64,000 bases of DNA from an uncultured Methanomicrobiales archaeon (GCA_963758915.1 CAVWXH010000006.1:33436-97435), one strand, 5' to 3'; counted from the stretch's first letter, positions 32,029 through 43,524 are shown. Numbers and translations: made by a program. The notes: a model not told the origin generated them from the sequence alone.

Positions 32029-32976
32029 ATGCATCATGATCGTTCGATAAAACCGGTCGGTAAATCTGCCAGAACGCCCGGGAATCTTGACCGGGGCCCG
32101 GTAGAGTTTAAATCCCACATTGCCTCGCATGCTGGGGAAATAATGGCGATCGCAACAAGGGATGTCGTATCTGTTCAGCCGAGTATGAGCATCATCGCTG
32201 CAGTTGAGACAATGACCCGGTGTGGTTTCCGCCGGTTACCCGTAATTGATGCGGGAAGTCGGAAACTCCGTGGGATTGTCACATCTGGTGATATTATTAA
32301 CTTTCTTGGAGGTGGAGACAAATACAATCTTGTCAAGGTCAAGCATGACGGGAACCTCCTTGCTGCAATTAACGAGAGTGTCCGCACGATTATGACCCCT
32401 AAAATGACCACGCTTCCTGAGTCATCAACAATCGCCCATGCTGTCGAAATAATCATCAGCAGGATGGTTGGAGGAATACCGGTTGTGGGCCACGATGACA
32501 CGATGGAAGGGATCGTAACAGAACGTGATGTTATGAAGACTCTCGCACATGAAATATCAGACCTTTGCGTGGAGGATATTATGAGCACGTCATTACGCGT
32601 TACTTCACCGGATGCCCTGATCGGAGCAGTGACCCGGGATATGACCCGCCACCGGTACAGGAGACTTCCGGTTGTAACCGATGATGTGCTGTACGGGATT
32701 ATTACCACAACCGATATTGTACGGTATATTGGTGAAAAAAAGGTTTTTTCAGGCATGGAGACCGGGGATGTGAAAGAAGTGATGTCCTTATCGGTTAGGA
32801 ATCTAATTTCGGGAAAGCTCTTTACCACGGTGCCGGAAAGGAATGTCAATGATGCGGCCCGTGAAATGTTTGAACGGAATGTCGGGGCGCTGCCGGTAAT
32901 CGAAGACGCAAAACTGATCGGTCTCGTAACCGAATTTGACCTTGTAAAAGCATTCGCACAGGGGAGACCCGGATGA
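32029..32976 (+). CDS. Four-CBS-domain protein (AMPK-gamma-like architecture)
   Basis: FRRLPV..GIVTSGD, GIVTERD, YRRLPV..GIITTTD, GLVTEFD. Confidence 0.9.
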   Translation: MHHDRSIKPVGKSARTPGNLDRGPVEFKSHIASHAGEIMAIATRDVVSVQPSMSIIAAVETMTRCGFRRLPVIDAGSRKLRGIVTSGDIINFLGGGDKYNLVKVKHDGNLLAAINESVRTIMTPKMTTLPESSTIAHAVEIIISRMVGGIPVVGHDDTMEGIVTERDVMKTLAHEISDLCVEDIMSTSLRVTSPDALIGAVTRDMTRHRYRRLPVVTDDVLYGIITTTDIVRYIGEKKVFSGMETGDVKEVMSLSVRNLISGKLFTTVPERNVNDAAREMFERNVGALPVIEDAKLIGLVTEFDLVKAFAQGRPG

Positions 32977-33815
32977 TTGCATCGGATATAATGACAAGCC
33001 CGGTATATGTGGTCGGCTCTTCAGAGAACGTTGCACATGCAAGGAACCTGATGTTAAAACACAAAATATCCAGGTTGCCTGTCGTACAGGAAACGGGCCT
33101 TATGGGTATCATTACCAAGAAGGACATCGGTTACAGGCTGCGTCACACCGAACCCGTATGGAGGAGGAGACCGATTGACCTGGTACCGGTGGAACTGCTG
33201 ATGACACCCGACCCCTTTTCGGTGAAGCCCGGTGAAGTGGTGAAGACAATTGCAGGTATGATGGTTACCCATGATATCAGTGGTCTGCCGGTCATTGAAA
33301 GCCATAAAATTGTGGGGATTGTGACAAAATCCGACCTTTTCAGGTCGGCATATCTTGGAACCATGACCCTCGTGGTCGGAGATCTGATGGAAGATGCAAT
33401 CCCCGTCAGCCGCTATCACTCGCTTGACCATATTGTGAACCTGATGATCGAACGGGATGATAAACTCGTGGTCGTCAACAACGATGGGACGCTCGCAGGG
33501 ATCATTACTGAAAGCAACCTTGCGTTCTACAAGTGTACAGATAACAAGAGCGGGGATATGCCGGAAAAGGATATTATGCGGCTTAGAAAGGAGGAATCAG
33601 CAGGGAGAAAATATTACCGGGATGTTATATCAGTATCCGCGGTGGCTGAAGATGTGATGACAAGACCCGTGGTAACTATAAGCCCCGAAGCCGGGATCGG
33701 CGAAGCTGTCCTTCTCATGCGTGAGAAGCATGTAAGCAGCCTCGTTGTGGTCGAAGGAGAAGAAATCAAAGGAATCCTTAAAAGAGATGATATCATAAAG
33801 GAAGTGGCAAAATGA
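32973..33815 (+). CDS. Four-CBS-domain protein
   Basis: ISRLPV..GIITKKD, GIVTKSD, GIITESN, GILKRDD. Confidence 0.9.
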   Translation: MIASDIMTSPVYVVGSSENVAHARNLMLKHKISRLPVVQETGLMGIITKKDIGYRLRHTEPVWRRRPIDLVPVELLMTPDPFSVKPGEVVKTIAGMMVTHDISGLPVIESHKIVGIVTKSDLFRSAYLGTMTLVVGDLMEDAIPVSRYHSLDHIVNLMIERDDKLVVVNNDGTLAGIITESNLAFYKCTDNKSGDMPEKDIMRLRKEESAGRKYYRDVISVSAVAEDVMTRPVVTISPEAGIGEAVLLMREKHVSSLVVVEGEEIKGILKRDDIIKEVAK

Positions 33816-34588
33816 GCGAAGAATTACTTATCCGGGACATCATGTCAAAGCCCGTGACGATTGCAAAATCTGCAGCCATCACCGAAGCACTTGACAAAAT
33901 GCTTAGTGAGGCGGTTGACCCACTCATTGTAGTAAATAACGGTTCAGTGGTTGGGACTATTTCAAGAAGGACAATCGCGGAGACCCTCGGCAGCAAGAAG
34001 AACTCCGGACTTTCCCCCTCCTCAATTCATGTTTCAAACTCAATGGAAGAAGATTTTACCACGGTGTATCCTGACCAGGACCTCGATGTACTGGTACCGC
34101 TTCTCCAGCATTACAAACTTGTTGTGGTCTATGATGAAGATCACCGGCTGATTGGTCAGGTCAATGCCCAGAACCTGCTGAAAGTATACAGGCCCGAGGG
34201 CAGCGTGAAGGAACTGATGGAACCTGCCTGTACCATCGATGCTGAAGAGCGTGTCGTCCACATGCGGCGGAGGATGCTCGATGACAACATTCACAGGTTT
34301 GTTGTGACTGAAAACAACAATGTTACCGGGATAGTCACTGAAACTGACGTGGCTACAGCGATGAGGAAATTCCGCAAGATGGTTGAGGACCGTCATCAGG
34401 ACCACCGTATCCGGAACCTCCTTGTGAAGGACATCATGACATCACCGGTGATCACGGTAACAGGGGACATAAAGATCACAGGAGTTATTGATATGATGGT
34501 CCAGAAAAATATCAGTGCAATTCCCGTGGTTGATAATAATACCCTTGCCGGCATGGTAACAAGGAATTCGTTGATCAGCGCATTATAA
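33812..34588 (+). CDS. Four-CBS-domain protein
   Basis: IRDIMSKPV, GIVTETD, VKDIMTSPV, ISAIPVV. Confidence 0.9.
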   Translation: MSEELLIRDIMSKPVTIAKSAAITEALDKMLSEAVDPLIVVNNGSVVGTISRRTIAETLGSKKNSGLSPSSIHVSNSMEEDFTTVYPDQDLDVLVPLLQHYKLVVVYDEDHRLIGQVNAQNLLKVYRPEGSVKELMEPACTIDAEERVVHMRRRMLDDNIHRFVVTENNNVTGIVTETDVATAMRKFRKMVEDRHQDHRIRNLLVKDIMTSPVITVTGDIKITGVIDMMVQKNISAIPVVDNNTLAGMVTRNSLISAL

Positions 34589-34801
34589 CCGGATCAGCCG
34601 GATTCCCACATTTTTTTTAATACGGCCTGAGTGTTATTCCTGCAGATTGTTTCTGTGCCAGGCGGGTTTTTTCTGGTATCCGCATGCCATATGGTAAACC
34701 TGCAAAAACACCCGGCCATTCAAATTTTAAAAAGCCTGTTTATTTGTGAATTCCAAATTTAACAATCATTATATCAAATCCCACCTATAGATTTTCAGAC
34801 A

Positions 34802-35773
34802 ATGGCAATGAAACCGACAAGCCCTGTTAACCCTGTCGCAGATATCACCCTTCTCCTTGAAGGGATGAGTAATACCGGGTTCCAGGGCAGGAAACTTGGC
34901 GAGTCCGTGGGGGTATGGTCTGATATGATTAACGACCCGGACTGTACAATTCTACTCGGGTTGTCGGGCGCCATGATCCCCGGGGGTATGCAGAAGTGCC
35001 TTGTAGAACTCGTTGAACGGCACTATGTGGATGTAATTGTTTCGACCGGCGCCAATATTTTCCACGATGCCTGCGAGCATATCGGTGTGCGGCATTACAT
35101 GGGTCATCATCATGTTGATGATGGACACCTGTTCTCCCAGGGAATTGACAGGATATATGATGTATTTGCATATGAGGAACAATTCAGGAATGTAGACCGC
35201 CAGATTGCAGATTTTGCTGCTGAACTTGCTCCGTTTAACGGGTCTTCAGCTGAGTTCATACGGAGGTATGGGGAATCCCTGATCAGGACGCATCCGGAAG
35301 CCTCGTCGCTGATCGGGAGTTCGGTGCGGAGCGGGGTTCCGGTATTTATTCCCGCGATCTCGGATTCTTCAATTGGTATCGGGCTCCTCATGGCAAGGAG
35401 AGAGGGTGTCCGGATAGAGATTGACCAGATCGCAGATATTGACGAGATTGCAAAGATTGTCGAGGGCTCAAAAAAGACGGGGGTTATCTATATTGGCGGG
35501 GGCGTTCCAAAAAATTTTATCCAGCAGACACAGGTAATTGCATCAATTTACAAGAGCAGGCAGGAGGGCCATGCCTATGCGATTCAGTACACTACTGATG
35601 CACCACACTGGGGTGGGTTGTCAGGATGTACATTTGAAGAGGCCATCAGCTGGGGAAAAGAGTCAGTACACACCCCCAGGGTACAGTGTTTCTGCGATGC
35701 GACTATTGCTCTCCCGCTGGTGACTGCGGCCCTAATTAACAGCGGGGTAACAAGGGCTAGACGTTCCATGTGA
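34802..35773 (+). CDS. dys: Deoxyhypusine synthase
   Basis: GFQGRKL, IVSTGAN, GGGVPKNF, GGLSG..EAISWGK. Confidence 0.92.
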   Translation: MAMKPTSPVNPVADITLLLEGMSNTGFQGRKLGESVGVWSDMINDPDCTILLGLSGAMIPGGMQKCLVELVERHYVDVIVSTGANIFHDACEHIGVRHYMGHHHVDDGHLFSQGIDRIYDVFAYEEQFRNVDRQIADFAAELAPFNGSSAEFIRRYGESLIRTHPEASSLIGSSVRSGVPVFIPAISDSSIGIGLLMARREGVRIEIDQIADIDEIAKIVEGSKKTGVIYIGGGVPKNFIQQTQVIASIYKSRQEGHAYAIQYTTDAPHWGGLSGCTFEEAISWGKESVHTPRVQCFCDATIALPLVTAALINSGVTRARRSM

Positions 35774-35991
35774 ATATCATAATTGCATGTTGACAGCCTT
35801 TGCTGGAAACGTTATGAAATTTACATTAAAGGATAATATTTCAATGAATTGAACTCGTTGCCGTTTTTTCCCCCACCCTTTGCAACTCTGTGATACAGAA
35901 AGAATTATCACCAGTTCTGATCTATATAATAAAGCACCATTCATGGAGCAGCCAACATGCGCTGCGAGTGTCGAAAGATGCGAGATTCGCT

Positions 35992-36076
35992 GTTGAGGTA
36001 GCCAAGCCTGGTATGGCGCAGGTTTGCTAAACCTGTGTCCCCCTGGGACTCGAGGGTTCAAATCCCTCCCTCAGCG
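35992..36076 (+). tRNA. tRNA-Ser(GCT)
   Basis: Acceptor GTTGAGG/CCTCAGC, anticodon arm CAGGT-TTGCTAA-ACCTG, long variable arm, T-arm GAGGG-TTCAAAT-CCCTC. Confidence 0.95.
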
Positions 36077-36107
36077 TTAAGAGCAAATCTCAGTTCAGAG
36101 GGATTGG

Positions 36108-36560
36108 ATGGCTCAGGAAGAGGACATAAAATATTTTGTACGGATCAGCAACTCTGATCTGGATGGGACGAAGCAGGTCAAGGTTGCCCTTACGGGCATC
36201 AAGGGCGTTGGCAGACACACCGCAGGTGTGATAACCCGGCTTGCCAGTGTCAACGGACACGACATAATGGGACGTCTCAAGGATGAGGATGTAGACCGAT
36301 TAAGAGCTGTGGTGGAGAACTATACGGAGAGAGTCCCGGCGTGGATGGTCAACCGGCCCAAGGATGTGTATACTGGAGAAAGCAGGCACATTTTTGGCAC
36401 CGACCTGTCGACCACCCTCGACGAGGATATCAATCTGATGAGGAAAATCCGCTGCTACCGTGGGATCAGGCATGAAACGGGTCAGAAAGTCCGCGGACAG
36501 CGCACCAAGTCCACCGGGCGTACCGGCACCACCGTGGGTGTGAAGAGGAAGAAAGAGTAA
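36108..36560 (+). CDS. rps13: 30S ribosomal protein S13
   Basis: [27 protein letters not shown]. Confidence 0.97.
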   Translation: MAQEEDIKYFVRISNSDLDGTKQVKVALTGIKGVGRHTAGVITRLASVNGHDIMGRLKDEDVDRLRAVVENYTERVPAWMVNRPKDVYTGESRHIFGTDLSTTLDEDINLMRKIRCYRGIRHETGQKVRGQRTKSTGRTGTTVGVKRKKE

Positions 36561-36572
36561 GTGGTGAAATAG

Positions 36573-37118
36573 ATGGGTTACCCAGGGAAGAACCACAAGC
36601 AGTACCAGACGCCAAAACGGCCCTTCGAAAAGACAAGGATCGAAGAAGAGACCCGCCTGGTAATAGAATACGGGCTCCGGAACAAAAGGGAGGTCTGGAA
36701 AGCACAGGCCTACCTCCGGCGCTACAGGAAAGCAGCACGTGATCTCCTATCTCTGATGTCCGCAGGTGTAGACGTTCAGACGTTTGAGACAAAAAAGGCC
36801 GTGCTGATTGATCATATCCAGCGAATGGGCCTTCTTGGACCTGATGCCGATATCGATGATGTACTGTCTCTGAAAGTAACGGCACAGCTCGAAAGGCGCC
36901 TTCAGACACTTGTATACCGGCAGGGGCTCGCAAGGTCACCAAAACAGGCCCGGCAGCTTATTACCCATGGCCATGTCGCTATCAACGGTAAGAGGGTTTC
37001 AATTCCAGGATACCGTGTAAAACGGGTAGAGGAAACGCAGATATCCTACTACGGGAAATCCCCGCTGACATTATCAGACCATGCAGAGCGGGCAAGAATC
37101 GGCAAGGTCGGTAGGTAA
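36573..37118 (+). CDS. rps4: 30S ribosomal protein S4
   Basis: [26 protein letters not shown]. Confidence 0.97.
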   Translation: MGYPGKNHKQYQTPKRPFEKTRIEEETRLVIEYGLRNKREVWKAQAYLRRYRKAARDLLSLMSAGVDVQTFETKKAVLIDHIQRMGLLGPDADIDDVLSLKVTAQLERRLQTLVYRQGLARSPKQARQLITHGHVAINGKRVSIPGYRVKRVEETQISYYGKSPLTLSDHAERARIGKVGR

Positions 37119-37120
37119 TC

Positions 37121-37516
37121 ATGGCAGCAGACAAGGAAAAATGGGGAGTAGCGCATATATTCGCATCCTTCAACAATACGATCATCACGGTGACGGACCT
37201 CTCGGGAGCCGAGACGGTGACAAAGAGCAGCGGTGGAATGGTCGTCAAGCAGGACAGGAACGAAAGTTCACCCTATGCAGCCATGCAGATGGCTTCAAAC
37301 GTTGCACAGGTGGCACGTGAGAAGGGTATCACAGGTGTCCATGTCAAGGTCAGGGCACCAGGCCGGGGAAAACAAAGAAGCCCGGGACCTGGAGCACAGG
37401 CAGCAATTCGTGCACTGGCCAGGGCCGGCATGCGAATCGGGCGTATTGAAGATGTAACCCCGGTCCCGCACGATTCTATCCGGGCAAAAGGCGGAAGGCG
37501 TGGGCGGAGAGTCTGA
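37121..37516 (+). CDS. rps11: 30S ribosomal protein S11
   Basis: [22 protein letters not shown]. Confidence 0.97.
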   Translation: MAADKEKWGVAHIFASFNNTIITVTDLSGAETVTKSSGGMVVKQDRNESSPYAAMQMASNVAQVAREKGITGVHVKVRAPGRGKQRSPGPGAQAAIRALARAGMRIGRIEDVTPVPHDSIRAKGGRRGRRV

Positions 37517-38358
37517 TGGAGATTATATTCAACAGGCTTGAAGAAAATTCATGCCGTTTCCAGATAGGGCCGGTCAATACAGGCTTTGCCAATTCATTCC
37601 GCAGGGCAATGATCGGAGAGGTTCCTACGCTGGCGATAGAAGATGTCCGTATTTATGATAATACCAGTGCACTCTTTGATGAAATGCTTGCACACCGGAT
37701 CGGCCTGATACCAATAAGGACCGACCTGTCGAGTTATGTCAAAAGGGAAGATTGTTCCTGTAATGGTGAAGGGTGTCCGGTATGCAGGGCTACGTTTACC
37801 ATGAGCGTGGAAGGTCCGGCTATGGTATATTCAAGAGACCTTATACCAGAAGACCCGGCAATAACACCGGCCTATGATAATATCCCAATTGTCAAGTTGA
37901 CAAAAGACCAGAAGGTTGTTGTAGAGGCCCACGCAATCCTTTCCACGGGAAAAATCCATGCAAAATGGCAGCCGACAACGGCATGCGGGTACAAGAATTA
38001 TCCTCTTATTACAATTGGTGAGGCATGCGATGGCTGTGGCCAGTGTGTTGAAGAATGCCCGAGGATAGTACTTGAGGTGGATGGTGCCCGCGTTAAGGTA
38101 GTTCCGGGCCGTATAGAGGAGTGTTCTCTCTGCGGCTTATGTGAAAAAGCATGCCTTGGAAGTGGGATCGGGGAAGAACCGGCAATCAAGGTCTCATTCG
38201 AGAAAAAGCGTTATATATTCGTAGTAGAAAGCGACGGCTCCCTGCCGGTTAGGGAGATCATTGAGCATGGTCTCCAGTTTATTAAAGGCCAGTCCGAGGA
38301 GCTGAAAGAGAAGATCGGTGAAATATCGGGAGGTACAGGAGATGAAAAGCAGGAGTAA
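37516..38358 (+). CDS. rpoD: RNA polymerase subunit D (Rpo3) with ferredoxin-like insert
   Basis: ANSFRR..EVPTLAI, DEMLAHRIGLIP, HAKWQP; CDGCGQCVEECP and CSLCGLCEKAC. Confidence 0.96.
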   Translation: MEIIFNRLEENSCRFQIGPVNTGFANSFRRAMIGEVPTLAIEDVRIYDNTSALFDEMLAHRIGLIPIRTDLSSYVKREDCSCNGEGCPVCRATFTMSVEGPAMVYSRDLIPEDPAITPAYDNIPIVKLTKDQKVVVEAHAILSTGKIHAKWQPTTACGYKNYPLITIGEACDGCGQCVEECPRIVLEVDGARVKVVPGRIEECSLCGLCEKACLGSGIGEEPAIKVSFEKKRYIFVVESDGSLPVREIIEHGLQFIKGQSEELKEKIGEISGGTGDEKQE

Positions 38359-38704
38359 GACCAATCCGCGCCTGGTAAACCTCATCTCACTGCTGAAGAA
38401 CACTTCGCGTGAGAACGGGGTTAATATCTGGCGGGATATTGCCACAAGGATTGAAGCATCCAGTAGTAAGTATGCTGAAGTGAACCTGAGCAAGATCAAT
38501 CGTTATGCCAATGATGGTGAAACGATTCTGGTTCCAGGAAAGGTCCTTGGCAGTGGTATCATTGAAGCATCGGTAAAAGTTGCAGCATTGAATTTTTCAG
38601 AGTCTGCAGCTGAAAAAATTACCGGGGCAAAAGGGCAGTGTATGAGTATCGAGCAATTGCTGAAAGACAACCCGAAGGGTAGTCAGGTAAGGATTCTGAG
38701 GTGA
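38342..38704 (+). CDS. rpl18e: 50S ribosomal protein L18e
   Basis: [22 protein letters not shown]. Confidence 0.95.
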   Translation: MKSRSKTNPRLVNLISLLKNTSRENGVNIWRDIATRIEASSSKYAEVNLSKINRYANDGETILVPGKVLGSGIIEASVKVAALNFSESAAEKITGAKGQCMSIEQLLKDNPKGSQVRILR

Positions 38705-39132
38705 GTCATATGGTTACAATTATTAATGGTGACGGACTCCTCCTCGGGCGGCTTGCAAGCCTCGTTGCCCAGCGGGCATTGAATGGCGAGACCATTGCAA
38801 TTGTCAATGTCGAGAATGTAATCATATCGGGTAGCAGGGCAAGGGTGCTTGATAACTATGACCATAAACGGTCCCGTGGTTCAACCGAGGGTGGCCCGTT
38901 TTTCCCCCGGAGACCTGACCATATTATGAAGCGTACTATCCGTGGGATGCTCCCGTATAAAAGGGAGCGTGGTATTGAGGCATTTAAGAGGATTAAGACA
39001 TATGTTGGTGTCCCATTTGAATTCCAGGGAAAAGAAACAGAGACTCTGGAGGAGGCCCATATGGACCGTCTGAACAATGCGCAGTATATCACGCTTGGTG
39101 CAGTGAGCACATTCCTTGGAGCAAAATACTGA
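38701..39132 (+). CDS. rpl13: 50S ribosomal protein L13
   Basis: LGRLAS, GP.FPRRPD, RGMLP. Confidence 0.96.
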   Translation: MSHMVTIINGDGLLLGRLASLVAQRALNGETIAIVNVENVIISGSRARVLDNYDHKRSRGSTEGGPFFPRRPDHIMKRTIRGMLPYKRERGIEAFKRIKTYVGVPFEFQGKETETLEEAHMDRLNNAQYITLGAVSTFLGAKY

Positions 39133-39143
39133 GGGGTGGAGAT

Positions 39144-39545
39144 ATGATAAAGATTATCAATACAAGTGGCAAAAGAAAAACAGCGATCGCCCGGGCGACA
39201 ATGAAAGCAGGGAAAGGCAGGATCCGTATCAACTCGGTACCACTCGAGATTTATGGTACTGAGCTCGTCAGGATGAAAATTTCCGAGCCTATCCTCCTCA
39301 TGCCGAAAGCAATTGAAGGTGTTGATGTGGCGATCGATGTGCAGGGTGGAGGAATCATGGGACAGGCTGAAGCCGTAAGGACTGCCCTTGCCCGTGGTAT
39401 CCTGAAGTGGTCAAACGACCCTCAGATCAAGGAAGTCTACCTTGCATATGACCGTACCTTGCTCGTCAATGACTCGCGGCAGAAAGAAGCGAAGAAACCG
39501 CATGGTCGCGGTGCACGTAAGAAATTCCAGAAATCGTATCGTTAA
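39144..39545 (+). CDS. rps9: 30S ribosomal protein S9
   Basis: GKRKTAIAR, GGGIMGQA, QKSYR. Confidence 0.97.
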   Translation: MIKIINTSGKRKTAIARATMKAGKGRIRINSVPLEIYGTELVRMKISEPILLMPKAIEGVDVAIDVQGGGIMGQAEAVRTALARGILKWSNDPQIKEVYLAYDRTLLVNDSRQKEAKKPHGRGARKKFQKSYR

Positions 39546-39569
39546 GGAACAAAACGAGATTGAGTCGAT

Positions 39570-39758
39570 ATGATACCTGTACGATGTTTCACCTGCGGAA
39601 AGGTTATTTCCCCCGCGTATGAAGAATTTAAACACCGCCGTGATGCAGGCGAGGATCCTAAAAAGATCCTCGACGATCTCGGCATGGATCGCTACTGCTG
39701 TCGGCGCATGCTGCTGACGCACAAGGAGATTATTGACGATATCAACCCGTACCAGTGA
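39570..39758 (+). CDS. rpoN: RNA polymerase subunit N (Rpo10)
   Basis: [16 protein letters not shown]. Confidence 0.97.
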   Translation: MIPVRCFTCGKVISPAYEEFKHRRDAGEDPKKILDDLGMDRYCCRRMLLTHKEIIDDINPYQ

Positions 39759-39831
39759 GGGGTCGTGGGGTAGCCTGGAATCCTATGGCGTTCGGGATGC
39801 CGTAACCTGAGTTCGAATCTCAGCGACCCCA
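39759..39831 (+). tRNA. tRNA-Pro(CGG)
   Basis: Acceptor GGGGTCG/CGACCCC, anticodon loop TTCGGGA, T-arm CTGAG-TTCGAAT-CTCAG; abuts the rpoN stop. Confidence 0.93.
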
Positions 39832-39865
39832 TTTATTGTTAACGTGAAAAAATTGAGGACTGATA

Positions 39866-40033
39866 ATGCAAGCGTATACCCGATATGAAAGAGCCCGGAT
39901 AATCGGAGCCAGGGCCCTGCAAATATCGATGGGTGCCCCGCTCCTGATCAAAACCGAAAAGTGTGATCCGCTCGAGATCGCAATCGAGGAATTCCAGCAG
40001 AACATCATTCCCATCACTGTGAAGAGGAAGTAG
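39866..40033 (+). CDS. rpoK: RNA polymerase subunit K (Rpo6); 55 aa, below ORF-track cutoff
   Basis: Manual translation [25 protein letters not shown]...IIPITVKRK. Confidence 0.95.
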   Translation: MQAYTRYERARIIGARALQISMGAPLLIKTEKCDPLEIAIEEFQQNIIPITVKRK

Positions 40034-40035
40034 GC

Positions 40036-41232
40036 ATGACGATCATACAGGAGATCCAGTTAAGAACGATACTGGACAGCCGTGGCAATACTACTGTGGA
40101 AGCAGATATTTACACAGAAGATGGATTTGGGCGTGCATCGGCACCAAGCGGAGCCAGCACCGGGAAATTTGAAGCAAAAGTACGGCCCCCGGAAGAAGCT
40201 GTGGTGTTTGCGCGGGAGAACCTGGTACCGAAATTCATCGGTGAGGATTCACGTGAGCAGATCTATATTGACGGACTGCTCCGGGAAATTGATGGCACGT
40301 CTGATTTCAGTACAATTGGAGCAAATGTTGCGGTTGCGCTCTCGCTTGCGAACGCGAAGGCGGCGTCATCATCGCTCGGTCTTGAGTTGTATACCTATCT
40401 TGGTGGCGCATTCGTCATGGATACCCCGTTCCCACTGGGAAATGCCATTGGTGGTGGTGCGCACGCTGCAAATGCAACGGAAATTCAGGAGTTTCTGGTC
40501 GTTCCAACAGGGGCATCAGGGGCGAAAGAGGCGGTATTTGCCAATGCGGCAGTCCACCGGAAGGTCAGGGAACTCCTGACAGCCATGGATAAGCCGTGCG
40601 GTAAAGGTGATGAAGGGGCCTGGGCACCTGAGATAAGTGACCGCGTCGCATTCGAGATTGTAAAGGAAGCTACCGGAATAGTCTCTGATGACGCTGGATT
40701 TGAAATCGGAATGGGAATTGACGTCGCATCAAGCCAGATGTGGCACGAGAATGACGGTTTATACCATTACCGCGACATAACAAGGACGACTGAAGAACAA
40801 ATTGCGTATATCTGTGAACTTGTCGACCATTATGGGCTGATTTATGTGGAAGACCCACTTCACGAGGATGATTTCGCAGGGTTTGCCGAACTGACTGACC
40901 AGGTAGGGGACAGATGCCTCATCTGCGGTGATGACCTGTTTGTTACAAACCCGGGACGTATCACCGATGGTATCAGCAATGGTTCGACAAACTGTGTCCT
41001 GATAAAACCGAATCAGATCGGTACCCTGACAGAGACGTTTGAAGCGGTAAGGCTTGCGCACACGAACGGGATGGACACCGTGATGAGCCACCGTTCAGGA
41101 GAGACGACAGATACTGCAATTTCGCATCTTGCAACAGCATTTAACTGTATTTTCCTTAAAACAGGGATTGTGGGTGGCGAGAGGATTGCGAAGCTGAATG
41201 AACTTATTCGAATTGAGGAGATGCTAGAATGA
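40036..41232 (+). CDS. eno: Enolase
   Basis: [33 protein letters not shown]. Confidence 0.97.
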   Translation: MTIIQEIQLRTILDSRGNTTVEADIYTEDGFGRASAPSGASTGKFEAKVRPPEEAVVFARENLVPKFIGEDSREQIYIDGLLREIDGTSDFSTIGANVAVALSLANAKAASSSLGLELYTYLGGAFVMDTPFPLGNAIGGGAHAANATEIQEFLVVPTGASGAKEAVFANAAVHRKVRELLTAMDKPCGKGDEGAWAPEISDRVAFEIVKEATGIVSDDAGFEIGMGIDVASSQMWHENDGLYHYRDITRTTEEQIAYICELVDHYGLIYVEDPLHEDDFAGFAELTDQVGDRCLICGDDLFVTNPGRITDGISNGSTNCVLIKPNQIGTLTETFEAVRLAHTNGMDTVMSHRSGETTDTAISHLATAFNCIFLKTGIVGGERIAKLNELIRIEEMLE

Positions 41233-41837
41233 CAGATACAGAGATGGAAATTGAATTAAAAGAGCCGCTCGTCCCAGTGGAAGAATACCTCGCTGCAGGG
41301 ATTCACATCGGGACACAGCAGAAAAGCAAGGACATGAAGAAATTTATTTACCGGGTCAGGGGAGACGGGCTTTATATCCTCGATATCAGGGAGACAGATG
41401 GGCGGATCAAGACTGCAGCCAAGTTCCTGAACCAGTTTGACGCACCAAATATCCTTGTCGTAACTTCCCGCCAGTACGGACAGTACCCGGCAAAGAAATT
41501 TGCCGAGACAATCGGTGGAATGGCGGTGACCGGACGGTTCATACCCGGGATGCTGACGAATCAGAATCTCCACAACTATATCGAACCGGAAGTGGTCGTC
41601 GTCACTGACCCGATTGGTGACGCACAGGTTGTGAAAGAAGCAGTGCAGAGCGGGATACCGATTCTAGCCCTCTGTGATACCAATAATATGACAAGTTTTG
41701 TAGACCTTGTCATACCGACCAACAACAAGGGTCGGAAAGCACTTGGTATGATTTATTATCTCCTCACACGAGAGATGCTCAGGCTCCGTGGAATTACGAC
41801 CTCACTCACCCCTGAAGATTTCGAGACCGAGTTCTAG
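41229..41837 (+). CDS. rps2: 30S ribosomal protein S2
   Basis: [25 protein letters not shown]. Confidence 0.97.
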   Translation: MTDTEMEIELKEPLVPVEEYLAAGIHIGTQQKSKDMKKFIYRVRGDGLYILDIRETDGRIKTAAKFLNQFDAPNILVVTSRQYGQYPAKKFAETIGGMAVTGRFIPGMLTNQNLHNYIEPEVVVVTDPIGDAQVVKEAVQSGIPILALCDTNNMTSFVDLVIPTNNKGRKALGMIYYLLTREMLRLRGITTSLTPEDFETEF

Positions 41838-41866
41838 ATATACCATCAGTATGAGAGGTTAGTCCG

Positions 41867-42655
41867 ATGAAGTTGCGTCCATGCGCTGTATCAGGCATGT
41901 TCTATCCAAGTGATCCGGACCACCTTGAACAACTGCTGGCAAAATTTTTTATTGATGCCGGTAACGGCCGTAATTCGAAGGGAGTTGTGGCACCTCACGC
42001 CGGGTATATCTATTCCGGGAGAGTAGCTGCCCTGTCCTATGCATCAATAAATCCCGGTTTTTCCGGAACATTTCTCCTGGTCGGCCCCAGTCATCGCGGT
42101 TTTGAAACCTGTATATCTATGGTACCGTGGGAGACACCACTTGGTATCGTGGACAATGATGACGAACTAGGTGAGGCACTGAATATTGATCCGGATGAGA
42201 TCTCACACCGGGATGAACATTCTCTTGAAGTCCAGCTGCCGTTTATCAAGTACAGGTTTCCAAGGGCAAGGATAACCCCCATAATGATGGGACGGCAGGA
42301 TTACAGGAGTGCACTGGTGTTGTCGGAGCAGATTTCAAGTGCGATCAAGCGCACGGGGAGAGATGTCAGAATTATCGCATCATCCGATTTCTCTCATTAC
42401 GTGCATGCGGATGTTGCAAGGAACAATGACCTCTATGCTATTGAGGCGTTGTACAAATTTGATATTCCAGAATTTTACCGGCGTATCGGAGAGCGAAACA
42501 TCACGGCGTGTGGTTATGGGCCGATATCTGCAATGTTCATGGCCTGCCAGGAGTACGGGGGCAGGAAAGCTGAATTAATCCATTATGCCACGAGCGGGGA
42601 CATTACAGGGGATAACTCAGCTGTTGTGGGATATGCGTCCCTCGCGGTGATATAA
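41867..42655 (+). CDS. MEMO1-family protein (AmmeMemoRadiSam B)
   Basis: PHAGYIYSG, GPSH, EHSLEVQLPF, ASSDFSHY, CGYGP. Confidence 0.92.
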   Translation: MKLRPCAVSGMFYPSDPDHLEQLLAKFFIDAGNGRNSKGVVAPHAGYIYSGRVAALSYASINPGFSGTFLLVGPSHRGFETCISMVPWETPLGIVDNDDELGEALNIDPDEISHRDEHSLEVQLPFIKYRFPRARITPIMMGRQDYRSALVLSEQISSAIKRTGRDVRIIASSDFSHYVHADVARNNDLYAIEALYKFDIPEFYRRIGERNITACGYGPISAMFMACQEYGGRKAELIHYATSGDITGDNSAVVGYASLAVI

Positions 42656-43524
42656 TGGTCACGTGGAGTGCACCTGGAAAGGTTTTCCTTTTCGGCGAGC
42701 ATGCAGTGGTTTATGGAAAACCTGCTATCGCTATGGCAATCAAGCCACGTGTCTTTGTTACTGTACGTAAAAGCAGGACCCCCCACCCGGCAAAATCTCC
42801 TTATATTGACAGCTGTTTTGATGAGATGGGTGTAAAGGGGAGCGTGTACATCAACTCCCAGCTACCGAGTTCATCAGGTCTCGGGTCTTCAGCGGCAGTC
42901 ACAGTCGCAACCCTCGCCGCAATCAATGATGAGTTCGATATAAACCATACCCGGGAGCAGATCGCAGAAATGGCTTTTAATATCGAAAAAAAAGTTCAGA
43001 AAGGAAGGGCCAGCCTGACGGACACCACGGTGTCCACCTATGGGGGGTTGATTTTTATCATGGGTGCATCGAGACGACGTCTGCCACCGGAAAGTTTCCA
43101 GATGGTTATCGGGAATTCCATGGTCTCCCACAGCACCTCAAAAATGGTTGAGATGGTTGCCGATCTGAAGAAAAAAAACCCGGAAATATGTGATCCAGTT
43201 CTTGATGCGATCGGTGGCGTAACAATGTGCGCGATGCATCATCTAATCGATCCTGTCCAGCTCGGGAGGCTGATGAACATGAACCATTCACTTCTCGATG
43301 TCCTTGGTGTCGGCCATCCTGCATTGTCGCGGCTTGTGTTGTCTGCCAGGGCCGCAGGTGCTTACGGGGCTAAAATTACCGGTGCCGGTGGAGGGGGTTG
43401 TATGGTTGCGTTATGTCCAAAGCACCTGAAGAGCCGTATTGCCAGTGCGATTGAAGCATGTGATGCACGTGCCTTCGTTACAAACATCGATACTGAGGGA
43501 GCAAGAAAGGAGAAGGATGTCTGA
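42655..43524 (+). CDS. mvk: Mevalonate kinase
   Basis: PGKVFLFGEHAVVYG, GLGSSAA, KITGAGGGG. Confidence 0.95.
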   Translation: MVTWSAPGKVFLFGEHAVVYGKPAIAMAIKPRVFVTVRKSRTPHPAKSPYIDSCFDEMGVKGSVYINSQLPSSSGLGSSAAVTVATLAAINDEFDINHTREQIAEMAFNIEKKVQKGRASLTDTTVSTYGGLIFIMGASRRRLPPESFQMVIGNSMVSHSTSKMVEMVADLKKKNPEICDPVLDAIGGVTMCAMHHLIDPVQLGRLMNMNHSLLDVLGVGHPALSRLVLSARAAGAYGAKITGAGGGGCMVALCPKHLKSRIASAIEACDARAFVTNIDTEGARKEKDV

